Source: Anaeramoeba ignava BMAN (Eukaryota; Protista; Anaeramoebae). Taken from it: a stretch of 64,000 nucleotides of DNA. The stretch spans positions 186,001 through 250,000 of the forward strand of contig JAPDFW010000033.1 in NCBI GenBank assembly GCA_028826165.1, given 5' to 3'. A program made the translations under genes and the position numbers. Below the pieces are notes generated by a model. It worked only from the letters and a program-made list of their open reading frames with translations. It had not been told where the DNA came from and did no database searches. Shown piece after piece: positions 11,327 to 25,003 of the stretch (position 1 is the stretch's first letter; each line of letters opens with the position of its first letter).

Positions 11327-14004
11327 ATGATTTCTTCTTCGTTTTTCATTCTTTTCCTTATTCTTGTTTCTCATTTTGTTTTTTCTGAAACAGATTCTGA
11401 TGAAATTTCTTCGGTAATTACTTTAACAAAAGAAAATTTTGATGAGTTAGTTTTACAAAGTGAAGATAGATGGTTTATTAAATTTTATGCAGAATGGTGT
11501 GGTCATTGTAAAGCGGTAAATTATTAAAATTAAAATTAAAATTAAAATTAAAATTAAAATTAAAATTAAAATTAAAATTAAAATTAAAATTAAAATTAAA
11601 ATTAAAATTAAAATTAAAATTAAAATTTAAAATTAAAATTAAAATTAAAATTAAAATCAAATTTAAAATCAAAATTAAAATTAAAATTAAAATTAAAATT
11701 AAAAATTTAAAATTAAAATTAAAATTAAAATTAAATTTAAATTTAAAATTAAAATTAAATTTAAAATTAAAATTAAAATTAAAATTAAAATTTAAATTTA
11801 AAATTAAAATTAAACTAAATTCATATTAAAATTAAAATTAAAATTAAAATTAAAATTAAAATTAAAATTAAAATTATAATTAAAATTAATATTAAAATTA
11901 AAATTAAAATTAAAATTAAAATTAAAATTAAAATTAAAATTAAAATTAAAATTAAAATTAAAATTAAAATTAAAATTAAAATTAAATTAAAATTAAAATT
12001 AAAATTAAAATTAAAATTAAAATTTAAAATTAATATTAAAATTAAAATTAAAATTAAAATTAAAATTAAAATTAAAATTAAAATTAAAATTAAAATTAAA
12101 ATTAAAATTAAAATTAAAATTAAAATTAAAATTAAAATTAAAATTAAAATTAAAATTAAAATTAAAATTAAAATTAAAATTAAAATTAAAATTATTTATA
12201 AATTAAAATTAAAATTTAAATTAAAATTAAAATTAAAATTAAAATTCATTTATAATATTAAAATTAAAATTAAAAATTAAATTTAAAATTAAAATTAAAA
12301 TTAAAATTAAAATTAAATTTATTAAGATTAAAATTAAAATTAAAATTAAAATTAAAATTAAAATTAAAATTTATAAAATTAAAATTAAAATTAAAATTAA
12401 AATTAAAATTAAAATTAAAAATTAAAATTAAAATTAAAATTAAAATTTAAAATTAAAATTAAAATTAAAATTAAAATTAAAATTAAAATTAAAATTAAAA
12501 TTAAAATTAAAATTAAAATTAAAATTAAAATTAAAATTAAAATTAAAATTAAAATTAAAATTAAAATTAAAATTAAAATCAAAATTCATTTATAAAATTA
12601 ATATTAAGATTAAAATTAAAATTATAATTAAAATTCAAATTCAAATTCATTTATAAAATTAATATTAAAATTCATTTATTAAAATTTAAATCAAAATCAA
12701 AATTAAAATTAAAATTAAAATATGAAATTAAAATTAAAATTAAAATCAAAATTAAAATTAAAATTCAAATTCATTTTAAAATTAATATTAAAATTAAAAT
12801 CAAAATTCATTTATAAAATTAAAATTAGCTTAAACCAATATTCGAATCCGTTGCTGCACAATTAGGTGATGAAATCAAATTTGGAGAAGTAAACTGTGAA
12901 AAACAATCTAAAATTTGCAACACATACAACGTTCAAGGATATCCAACATTAAAGTTTTTTATTGAAGATCAAATTTTTGAATATCATTCACATCGAACAG
13001 AGGAAAACTTAATCAGTTTCTGTGAAAAATTTTCAGGACCAGCAGTTATTTCTATTAAAGATTTCAATTCATTAAACGAAAAATTAACAGAAGAAAAAAC
13101 TAATTTTGTTCTTTTAACTTCTTCTTCAAAAAATGAAGCCAATCGTGAAATTGATCTTTTTTCAAAAATTGCAACTCGAAATCTTATTTATTCAGATTTT
13201 TATATTCTTGAATCAGAAAATCCATTGGATCCAGATCTTTATTCAAAATTTGCTCAAAAAAAGAAACTCAAATCAAAACTTGAAAAAATTAATCAATTCC
13301 CAGTTGTAATTGCATTTATTGATTCGAAAAAAATAATTACTTTTCAATTCGAATCAAATGATTATGAAAGTGCTGATGATTTTTTCAAATTTGTTCAAGA
13401 AAACACTCTTCCACTTCTACCTCAACTCAGTGCAGATTCATTTGCTTTAATTGATAGTGCTCAAAAAACTGTTGGTTTGGCAATTGTTGATCCTTCAGAC
13501 GATAAAACTGAAGACTACTTGAAAATGATTAAGAAAGTTGCTTTCAAAAGAAGATCTGAATTTGCTTTTTGTTGGATTGACGGAATTCAATGGGAATCTT
13601 TTCTCAATCATTTCCAAATCAAAGTTGAAGAATTACCAATGTTTTTTGTTATGGAATTTCGAAAGGAAATTTATTTTAAAGATCCCAATTTAATTTCTTC
13701 TGTTGAAAATATTAACGACTTTTTGGATTCAATTTTAGATGGTTCTATTAAACCTCAAGGCAGAGGTTCTAGTTTTATTTCTCGTATTTTGGGAACTAAT
13801 AATCCTAATACAATTTTGAAAATTGTCTTTTTTGGTGCAGTTGGAATTATTCTTTATTTCTATTTTGTCTCAAAAAAGGAAAAACGAAATCAAGTAGATG
13901 ATAAAAAAGAAGATGATAAAAAAGAAGACAATAAAAAAGAAGACAATAAAAAAGAAGACAATAAAAAAGATGATAAAAAAGAAGAAGACAAAAAAGAAAA
14001 ATAA
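11327..14004 (+). CDS. Transmembrane protein disulfide isomerase (TMX3-like): signal peptide, WCGHC thioredoxin domain, b/b'-like domains, TM helix, KKxx tail; exons 11327-11515 and 12829-14004
   Basis: FYAEWCGHCKA|LKPIFES…VQGYPTLKFF; hydrophobic N-terminus; TM segment ILKIVFFGAVGIILYFYFV; ends KKEK*. Confidence 0.88.
11520..12826. repeat. Intronic (AAAATT)n microsatellite, ~1.3 kb
   Basis: Direct sequence; fills the single PDI intron. Confidence 0.95.
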
Positions 14005-14268
14005 ATTCCATTTTCAATTTAGAATTTAAAATCAAAATTAAAATCAAAATTAAAATTAAAATAAAATTAAAATTAAAATTAAAATTAAAATTCAAAATTA
14101 AAATTAAAATTAAAATTAAAATTAAAATTTAAAATTTAAATTTAAATTAAAAGCAAAATTAAAAGCAAAATAAAGCAAAATAAAGCAAAATAAAGCAAAA
14201 ATTTAAAATTTTCATTTTTCATTTTCATTTTTATTTTTATTATTTTAAAAACAAACATTTAAAAACAA

Positions 14269-17200
14269 ATGCAACCTCAATTTTCAAATCCAACTTCTCG
14301 TATTGAAATTAATTTTACAGGACAGTTTGTTATTTATGAATTTTTTTTTTGTTTTTTAATTTCAATCTAATTTTAATTTTAATTTTAATTTTAATTTAAA
14401 ATTGTTTTATTTTATTAAGTAATTTAATCAAATTAGATGTTATGTCACAATCAGATCCTTTTCTTGTTCTTTATTATCAAGATCCTATTCAAAAGAATTG
14501 GACAGAAATTGGAAGAACAGAATTTATTAAGTATATAAAAAAAATTAATTAAAAAAAAATTTGAAACAAAAATTTTAATTTAAAAATTTTAATTTAGAAA
14601 TGAACCAAATCCTAAATGGGCTAAAAAATTTTTAGTTGATTATTTTTTTGAAGCAATGCAAAAGTTTCAAGTTAAAGTTTACGATATGGATAATGAGAAA
14701 AAATCATTAGAACAACAAGATTTTATTGGACAAGTAAAAAAATCAAAATTAAAATTTAAATTTAAATTCATTTATAAAATTAAAATCAAAATTTAAATTT
14801 AAATTCATTTATAAAATTAAAATCAAAATTGAAATTGAAATTAAAATTAAAATTAAAATTATAATTAAAATTAAAATTAAAATTAAAATCAAAATTAAAA
14901 TTTAAATTAAAATCAAAATTAAAATTATAATTAAAATTAAAATTAAAATTAAAATTAAAATTAAAATTCATTTATAAAATTAAAATTAAAATTAAAATTA
15001 AAATTAAAATTAAAATTAAAATTAAAATTAAAACTAAAATTAAAATTAAAATTAAAATCAAAATTAAAATTATAATTAAAATTAAAATTAAAATTAAAAT
15101 TAAAATTAAAATTTAAAATTTAAAATTGAAATTATAATCAAAAATTTAAAATTATAATCAAAATTAAAATTAAAATTTAAATCAAAATCAAAATTTAAAT
15201 TTAAATTCATTTATAAAATTAAAATTAAAATTTAAAATTAAAATTATAATCAAAATCAAAATTAAAATTTAAATTAAAATCAAAATTAAAATCAAAATTA
15301 AAATTAAAATTAAAATTAAAATTATAATTAAAATTAAAATTAAAATCAAAATTAAAATTAAAATTTAAATTTAAATTGATTTTTTAGTGTGAATTTACAC
15401 TTGGTGAATTAATGGGTTGTTCTCGTCAATCTCTTACAAAAGAATTATTTTATCCAAAAAATCCTAAAAGAAAAAATGGACAATTAAAAATATTTGGAGA
15501 AGAAGTAATTTAAATTTTTAATTGAAAATTTTTTTAATTGAAATTTTAATTGAAATTTTTTTCAATAATTATAAAAAAGGTTGAAGGATTAAATCTTTTG
15601 ATTAAAATGACTTGGACTGGGTATTTTTAATTTAATTTTAATTTTAATTCAATTTTAATTTAATTTAATTTAATTTTAATTTCAATTTTAATTTTTAATT
15701 TAATTTAATTTGTTCTTTTTCAGAGTAAAACTTGATAAAAAGGTAAATTTAAAATTAATTTTAAAATTTAAATTTAATGATTAATAAGCAATTAAATGCA
15801 AAAACTTATTTTTTCCTTTTTTATTAAAATTTCATATTAGGATTTCTTTGGAAAATCAGTAAATTTTTTTTCTTCTTTTATTCATTGATTTATTTAATAA
15901 TTATTTTAACTATAAATTATATCCATTTTGATTTAAAAGGATCCTTATATAGTTTTTTATCGATCAAGAATTGAAAATGATGAATATAATTTGGTTTATA
16001 AAACAGAAATTATTAAAAAAACACTTTATCCAAAATGGAAACCTTTTCAATTAACAGCTCAAAGTCTTTGTAATGGTGATTTATCAAGAAAAATCAAAGT
16101 GGAATGTTGGGATTGGAATCGACGTGGTTCTCATGATTTAATCGGAATAACCTATGTATTAAAATAAAAATTCATTTATAAAATTAAAATTATAATTAAA
16201 ATTAAATTAAAAATAAAATCAAAATCAAAATTAAAATTAAAATTAAAATCAAAATTAAAATTAAAATTAAAGTTAAAATTATAATTAATAGTAAAATTAT
16301 AATTATAATTAATATTATAATTAAAATCGGATAAAAATTAATATTAAAATTAAAATTAAAATTAAAATTATAATTAAAATTAAAAAATAAAATTAAAATT
16401 CATTTATAAAATTAAAATTAAAATTAAAATTAAAATTAAAATTAAAATTAAAATTTAAAATCAAAATTAAAATTAAAATTAAAATCAATATTAATATTAA
16501 TATTTAAATTAAAATTATAATTAAAATTAAAATTAAAATTAAAATCAATATTAATATTAATATTTAAATTAAAATTATAATTAAAATTAAAATTAAAATT
16601 AAAATTAAAATTAAAATTAAATATTAAAATTATTAAATATTAAAATTAATATTAATATTAAAATTTAAATTAATATTAAAATTTAAATTAAAATTAAAAT
16701 TAAAATTAAAATTAAAATTTAAAATCAAAATTAAAATTAAAATTAAAATCAAAATTCATTTATAAAATTAATATTAAAATCGGATAAAAATTAATATTAA
16801 AATTAAAATTAAAATTATTAAAATTAAAATTAAAATTCATTTATAAAATTAATATTAAAATCGGATAAAAATAGTTCACATTAGATGAGTTAATCACACA
16901 AAAAAAAACGAGTTTTGAACTAATCGAACCGAAAATCAAAGCGAAAAAAAAGAACTACAAAAACAGCGGAGTATTAAAGCTAGTACACTTTGAGCCAATA
17001 CAAGAATACACATTTTTAGATTATCTTTTTGGGGGAGTAGACATCAATTTAGTGATAGCAATTGATTTCACAGCATCAAATGGGAAACCAACATTTCCTG
17101 ATTCATTACATTATATGAATCCATATTCATTGAATCAATATCAACAGGCAATAGTGTCAGTTGGGTCTATATTGGCTCAGTATGATAGCGATAAAATGAT

Positions 17201-19590
17201 CCCTGTTTTTGGATTTGGTGCAAAAATTCCTGTCGGTTATACAACTACTGTGTCTCATTGCTTCCCTCTTAATGGCAATATTCAACAACCTCATGTTTTT
17301 GGTGTTGAAGGCGTTCTTCAGGCTTATACTAACTCCCTTTCTTATGTTCAACTTTATGGTCCAACTAATTTCGCTCCAATTATTGATGCTACTGCTGCTA
17401 TCGCAAGACAACAAGATTCTACTAGTCCAAGTACATTATTTCCTTTCTTAATTTTAATTTTAATTTTAATTTTAATATTAATTATAATTTTTTATCCGAT
17501 TTTAATATTAATTATAATTTTAATTTTAATTTTAATTTTAATTTTAATTTTAATTTTTAATTATAATTATAATTTTTTATTAATTTTAATTTTAATTTTA
17601 ATTTTAATTTTAATTTTAATTTTAATTTTAATTTTAATTTTAATTTTAATTTTAATTTTAATTTTAATTTTAATTTTAATTTTAATTTTAATTTTAATTT
17701 TAATTTTAATTTTAATTTTAATTTTAATTTTAATTTTAATTTTAATTTTAATTTTAATTTTAATTTTAATTTTAATTTTAATTTTAATTTTAATTTTAAT
17801 TTTAATTTTAATTTTAATTTTAAATTTAAATTTTTATAATTTAATTTTAATTTTAATTTTAATTTTAATTTTAATATTAATTTTAATTTTTAATTTTAAT
17901 TTTAATTTTAATTTTAATTTTTAATTTTAATTTTAATTTTTAATTTTTAATTTTAATTTTAATTTTAATTTTAATTTTAATTTTAATTTTAATTTTAATT
18001 TTAATTTTAATTTTAATTTTTAATTTTGATTTTAATTTTAATTTTAATTTTAATTTTAATTTTAATTTTAATTTTAATTTTAATTTTAATTTTAATTTTA
18101 ATTTTAATTTTAATTTTAATTTTAATTTTAATTTTAATTTTAATTTTAATTTTGATTTTAATTTTAATTTTAATTTTAATATTAATTAGATTATTATGTT
18201 CTTTTGATTATTACTGATGGTGAAATTACTGATATGGAACAGACAACACGTGCTATTGTTCAAGCAACTTCTCTTCCATTATCAATTGTTATTGTTGGTG
18301 TTGGTTCTGCTGATTTTACAAAAATGGATGTTTTAGATGCTGATGATGAACCTCTTGTTTGGCAAGGAAAGAAAATGGAAAGAGATATTGTTCAATTTGT
18401 TCCTTTCCGTGATTTTGTAAATCAAGATCCAGCATTTCTTGCCAAAGCAACATTAGAAGAAGTAATTTTATTTGATTTATTTTCAATATTTAACTAATTT
18501 CAAATTGATTTATTTTTGAATATTTATTTCATGTTATTTAATAATTTCATGTTAATTGATTATTTTTAAATATTTATTTTTGAATATTTTTGAATATTAA
18601 ATTATTTATTTCATGTTAATTGATTTATTTTTGAATATTTATTTATTTCATGTTAATTGATTATTTTTTGAATATTTATTTTAATGCTAATTGATTTATT
18701 TTTTGAATATTTATTTATTTTAATGTTAATTATTTATTTTTTGAATATTTAATAATTTCATGTTAATTGATTTATTTTTGAATATTTATTTTAATGCTAA
18801 TTGATTTATTTTTGAATATTTATTTATTTTAATGTTAATTGATTATTTTTGGATATTTATTTTTGAATATTTTTGGATATTTATTTCATGTTAATTGATT
18901 TATTTTTGAATAATTATTTTAATGCTAATTGATTTATTTTTGAATATTTATTTATTTTAATGTTAATTGAATATTTTTGAATATTTATTTCATGTTATTT
19001 GATTATTTTTGGATATTTAATTATTTTAATGTTAATTGATTTATTTTTTGAATATTAAATTATTTCATGTTAATTATTTATTTTTGAATATTTATTTCAT
19101 GTTAATTGATTTATTTTTGAATATTTAATAATTTCATGTTAATTATTTATTTTTGAATATTTATTTTAATGTTAATTGATTTATTTTTTGAATATTTATT
19201 TCATTTTAATTGATTTATTTTTGGATATTTATTTTAATGTTAATTGATTTATTTTTGAATATTTATTTTTGAATATTTTTGAATATTAAATTATTAATTT
19301 CATGTTAATTGATTTATTTTTGAATATTTATTTTTGAATATTTTTGGATATTTATTTTAATGTTAATTGATTTATTTTTTGAATATTAAATTATTTATTT
19401 TTAGATTCCAGGTCAATTAACTTCATATTATAAGAGTAAAAATATTGAACCAAATCCAGAAGTTGCGAAACAAAGAATGATTCAACAACAACAAGCAATG
19501 CAACAACAAGCAATGCAACAACAACAAGCAATGCAACAAACACAACCAATGCAACAACAACAACCAATGCAACAAACACAAAAGATTTAA
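14269..19590 (+). CDS. CPNE: Copine (C2A-C2B-vWA), multi-exon, Gln-rich C-terminal tail
   Basis: [31 protein letters not shown]|DFFGKS|[74 protein letters not shown]|IPGQLTSYY. Confidence 0.95.
17440..18185. repeat. Intronic (TTTTAA)n array, opposite orientation to most arrays in + strand genes
   Basis: Direct sequence between copine vWA exons. Confidence 0.9.
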
Positions 19591-19828
19591 TTTGAATGAT
19601 TTTCTTTCAGATTTTCTTTCAAATTTTCTTTCAATTTTTCTTTCAAATTTTCTTTCAATTTATTTTCCTTTTTCTTCCAAATTTTTCCTTTTTGAATTTC
19701 TTGCAATTTTCCTTTCAATTTCTCAAATTTTTTTTATTCAAAAAAAAAAGAAATTCAAAAAAAAATTTTTTTTCATTTTTTCATTTTTTCATTTTTTTAA
19801 ATTTTAATAAAAAAAAGAAAAGAAAAAA

Positions 19829-21782
19829 ATGAAAAAAATGGAAAAAATGATTGATAGAACAAAAGAAGAAGCAAAGAAAAAACTAAAAGAAATGGGTTAT
19901 TATTACACAAAAGAAAAGAAATTAAGACAAATAAAAAATGATGAAAAATTTGAATTTGTAAATCAAAAACATTATGAAGAACTTGGTGATTTAATTGTTG
20001 AATACATTTATGAACAATTAGTTGTTGAATATAAAATGAAAGAAATATGGCTTCCATTAGAAGAAGACTTGAAATTTTCAGAGAACTATAAAGAAAACAT
20101 TGAAGAATCTGAACTTAAAAAAATTAGAACAAATATATTTATATCAAAAGAATTTGAAAAAAAAGAAAAATTAATGCTTTTAATTTGTGGAAGTGGAGCC
20201 GTTAGAGCAGGTCAATGGGCAAGATCACTTTGTATTAATATTGATTTAAATACTGGAGGAGTATTTCCATTTCTTGAAGAAGCTGAAAAACAAAATTGTG
20301 GAGTTATTATATTTAATCCTAATTTAAATTCTGTTCTTGTTCCTCTTAAAACAAGATCAGCTTATGCACAAATTCCTATGAATTCATCACCAGAAAAGCA
20401 TGTTCAATATGTTTGGGATAATTTTGTAATGAAAAGCAAAGCTAAAGAAACATTTATTGTTGCACATTCATATGGAGGAGTTTCAACAATATCATTAATG
20501 ATTAATAAAAACAAATATTTTTAATAAAGTTTCTAAGATAGCATTTACTGATTCTGTTCATTGGTTTCCAATTAGAGGAATTCCTAAAAATGAATTGAAA
20601 GAATATTCAAATTTTCTAAAAACACATGCAATTAATTGGGTTACATCTACTAAAAAAATTGATGAAATATTAGATTTTCGAAATGGAGTTCAATGTGTTT
20701 CATCTGGACATACAAAACATGAATGGACAACACCTTCAGCTCAAAAATCAATTTGGAGATTTTTCTTTACAGAAGATTTTAAATTTGAATTTGAATCTAA
20801 AAAATCAATATTTGAAGATTCTGAAAATAATGAAAATGTTTCAATTCAGAATGAGATTATTCCAAATACAAATAAAAATCAATATATTTCAAATTCAAGA
20901 AAAAATCAATATATTTCAAATCCAATTCAAAATCAATATATTCCAAATCCAATTAAAAATCAATATATTTCAAATACAAATAAAAATCAATATATTCCAA
21001 ATACAAATAAAAATCAATATATTCCAAATACAATTCAAAATCAAAATATTTCAAATCCAATTAAAAATCAATACATTTCAAATACAAATAAAAATCAATA
21101 TATTTCAAATTCAAATAAAAATCAATATATTTCAAATACAAAAAATCAAAATATTTCAAATTCAAATCAAAATCAATACATTTCAAATCCAATTCAAGAT
21201 CAATACATTTCAAATCCAATTAAAAATCAATATATTTCAAATACAAATCAATATCAATATATTTCAAATCCAATTAAAAATCAATATATTTCAAATCCAA
21301 ATAAAAATCAATATATTCCAAATATAAATAAAAATCAAAATATTTCAAATACAAATAAAAATCAAAATATTCCAAATACAAATCAAAATAAATACATTTC
21401 AAATCCAATTCAAAATCAATATACTTCAAATTCAATTCAAAATCAATATATTCCAAATACAAATAAAAATCAAAATATTTCAAATACAATTCAAAATCAA
21501 TATACTTCAAATTCAATTCAAAATCAATATATTTCAAATTCAAGAAAAAAACAAATAAGAAAAGTTAACTTATTAAAGGATGATTTGATTGAAATCTCTG
21601 AATTGAAAAGAAAAATTAAAATTTTTCATTTAAAATCGAAAAAAAATAGATTAAGAAAAATTCATAAATTTAGATCATTTTCAAAAATGAAAAGTTTAAG
21701 AAAAGTAAAATTGAAAAGAAATTTTGGTTTGAAATTTGAAGTTGAATCAATTAATTCTCCAAAAGAATCATTTCAAAAATAA
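19829..21782 (+). CDS. FAM172A: FAM172A/Arb2-domain alpha/beta-hydrolase-fold protein, copy 1, with a 10-aa repeat tail (ISNxxxNQY); frameshift near 20520
   Basis: QKHYEELG, KLMLLICGSGAVRAGQWARSLCIN, IVAHSYGG, IAFTDSVH, NWVTS, SSGHTKHEWT. Its T-run is 2 nt shorter than the matching run in copy 2. Confidence 0.85.
20855..21545 (+). repeat. Coding 30-nt tandem repeat (~23 copies; I[S/P]NxxxNQ[Y/N])
   Basis: Visible in the ORF 20595-21782 translation. Confidence 0.9.
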
Positions 21783-21916
21783 ATTTTAAAGCAATTTTCC
21801 TTTCAATTTCTCAAATTTTTTTTATTCAAAAAAAAAAGAAATTCAAAAAAAAATTTTTTTTCATTTTTTTCATTTTTCATTTTTTTAAATTTTAATAAAA
21901 AAAGGAAAAGAAAAAA

Positions 21917-24759
21917 ATGAAAAAAATGGAAAAAATGATTGATAGAACAAAAGAAGAAGCAAAGAAAAAACTAAAAGAAATGGGTTATTATTACACAAAA
22001 GAAAAGAAATTAAGACAAATAAAAAATGATGAAAAATTTGAATTTGTAAATCAAAAACATTATGAAGAACTTGGTGATTTAATTGTTGAATATATTTATG
22101 AACAATTAGTTGTTGAATATAAAATGGAAGAAATATGGCTTCCATTAGAAAAAGACTTAAAATTTTCAGAGAATTATAAAGAAAATATTGAAGAATCTGA
22201 ACTTGAAAAAATTAGAACAAATATATTTATATCAAAAGAATTTGAAAAAAAAGAAAAATTAATGCTTTTAATTTGTGGAAGTGGAGCCGTTAGAGCAGGT
22301 CAATGGGCAAGATCACTTTGTATTAATATTGATTTAAATACTGGAGGAGTATTTCCATTTCTTGAAGAAGCTGAAAAACAAAATTGTGGAGTTATTATAT
22401 TTAATCCTAATTTAACTTCTGTTCTTATTACTACTAAAAAAAAATCATTTTGGAAAAAACAAAAACGGCTCATGCACAAATTCCTATGAATTCATCACCA
22501 GAACAACATGTTCAATATGTTTGGGATAATTTTGTAATGAAAAGCAAAGCTAAAGAAACATTTATTGTCGCACATTCATATGGAGGAGTTTCAACAATAT
22601 CATTAATGATTAATAAAAACAAAGATTTTTTTAATAAAGTTTCTAAGATAGCATTTACTGATTCTGTTCATTGGTTTCCAGTTAGAGGAATTCCTAAAAA
22701 TGAATTGAAAGAATATTCAAATTTTCTAAAAACACATGCAATTAATTGGGTTACATCTACTAAAAAAATTGATGAAATATTAAAATTTCGAGATGGAGTT
22801 CAATGTGTTTCATCTGGACATACAAAACATGAATGGACAACACCATCAGCTCAAAAATCAATTTGGAGATTTTTCTTTACAGAAGATTTTAAATTTGAAT
22901 TTGAATCTAAAAAATCAATATTTGAAGATTCTGAAAATAATGAAAATGTTTCACCAAAAGAAGAATTAAAAGAAGAATTAAAAAAAGAACCAAAAGATGA
23001 AGTAAAAAAAGAATCAAAAAATGAAGTAAAAAAAGAAATCAAAAAATGAAGTAAAAAATGAAGTAAAAGATGAATTAAAAGAAGAATTAAAAAAAGAATT
23101 AAAAAAAGAATTAAAAGAAGAATTAAAAAAAGAATTAAAAGAGGAATTAAAAGAGGAATTAAAAAAAGAACCAAAAGATGAAACAAAAGAAGAACCAAAA
23201 GATGAAGTAAAAGAAGAAGTAAAAGAAGAACCAAAAGATGAAACAAAAAAAGAAACAAAAGAAGAATCAAAAGATGAAACAAAAAAAGAAACAAAAGAAG
23301 AACCAAAAGATGAAGTAAAAGAAGAAGTAAAAGATGAATCAAAAGATGAAACAAAAGAAGAACCAAAAGATGAAACAAAAGAAGTAAAAGATGAAGTAAA
23401 AGAAGAAGTAAAAGATGAACCAAAAGATGAAACAAAAAGAACCAAAAAGATGAAAAGATGAAAAAAAAGAAACAAAAAGAAGAAGTAAAAGATGAAGTAA
23501 AAGAAGAAGAAAAAGAAGAACCAAAAGATGAAACAAAAGATGAAGTAAAAGAAGAACCAAAAGATGAATCAAAAGATGAATCAAAAGATGAATCAAAAGA
23601 TGAAACAAAAAAAGAACCAAAAGAGGCACAAAAAGAAACAAAAGAAGAAAAAAAAAAATAAAAAGATGAAACAAAAGATGAAAAAAAGAAAAAGAAAAGA
23701 ATAAAAAGATGAATCAAAAAATGAAACAAAAGAAGAACCAAAAGATGAAACAAAAAAAGAAACAAAAGATGAAGTAAAAGAAGTAAAAGAAGAATTAAAA
23801 GATGAAAAAAAAATGAAAAAAAAAAAGTAAAAAGAAAAAAGAAAAAAAAAAAGATGAAAAAAAAAGATGAAACAAAAAGATGAAAAAAGAAGAAGTAAAA
23901 AATGAAATCAAAAGAAAAAAAAAGAAGAAAAAAAAAAAGATGAAACAAAAAGAACCAAAAAAGAACCAAAAGATGAAACAAAAAAAAACCAAAAGATGAA
24001 AAAAAGATAAAGAAAAAAGAAGAAAAAAAAGAAAAGTAAAAATAAAATCAAAAGATGAATCAAAAGAAAAAAACAAAAGATGAAACAAAAAAGAATACAA
24101 AACAAAAAGAAACAAAAATGAAACAAAAAAAAAAAAAAAATGAAAAACAAAAGATGAAAACAAAAGATGAAGCAAAAAGAAAAAAAAAAAAGATGAAACA
24201 AAAGATGAAAAAGATGAAAAAAAAGAGATGAAACAAAAGAAAAAACAAAAAGATGAAAAAAAAGAAAGATAAAACAGAAAAGAAAAAAGATGAAGTAAAA
24301 GATGAATAAAAGATGAATCAAAAGATGAAATCAAAAAAGATGAAATAAAAAAAGAACCAAAACCAAAAGAAAAAAAAAAGATGAAAAAAAAGAAAAAAAA
24401 AATGAATAAAAAAAAAGAATAAAAAAAAAGAAAAAACAAAAGATGAAACAAAAGATGAAACAAAAGATGAAGTAAAAGATGAATCAAAAGATGAAACAAA
24501 AGATGAAACAAAAGATGAAACAAAAGATGAAACAAAAGATGAAGTAAAAAATGAAACAAAAGATGAAACAAAAGATGAAACAAAAGATGAAACAAAAGAT
24601 GAATCAAAAGATGAAACAAAAAATGAATCAAAAGATGAAGTAAAAGATGAAACAAAAAAAGAAACAAAAAAAGAACCAAAAGATGAAGTAAAAGAAGAAG
24701 TAAAAGATGAATCAAAAGATGAAACAAAAGATGAAACAAAAGATTTAAAAGAAAATTAA
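21917..24759 (+). CDS. FAM172A: FAM172A/Arb2-domain protein, copy 2, with a long K/E/D-rich 4-aa repeat tail (KDET/KEEx); several frameshifts
   Basis: Near-identical to copy 1 up to ENNENVS; tail of AAAGATGAAACA-type 12-mers ends DLKEN* at 24757-24759. Confidence 0.8.
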
Positions 24760-25003
24760 AACAAGATTTAAAAGAAAATTAAAACAAGATTTAAAAGAAA
24801 ATTAAAACAAGATTTTAAAAGAAAATTCTTTTACTTTTTTTTTCCATCTTTTTCTCAATTTAATTTCTTTTTTTTTTAAACAATTAAAAAACTAATTAAA
24901 AAACTAATTAAAAAAAAAGATTGATTAAATTAAATTAAATTAAATTCAAATTCAAATCCGAATCCAAATCAAATTTTATTTAATTAAAAAGTGGAATGAA
25001 AAA

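Noticed and set aside
11478-18217. ORF-track proteins of the [12 protein letters not shown] or KIKIKI type (also at 39683-42135, 46828-49140 and 57613-58794)
   Set aside because: Translations of stop-free hexamer microsatellites in introns or antisense frames, not genes.
22851-24739. Phe/Leu-rich 'membrane protein' ORFs on the - strand (also 25616-27020 on +)
   Set aside because: Antisense shadows of K/E/N-rich coding repeats.
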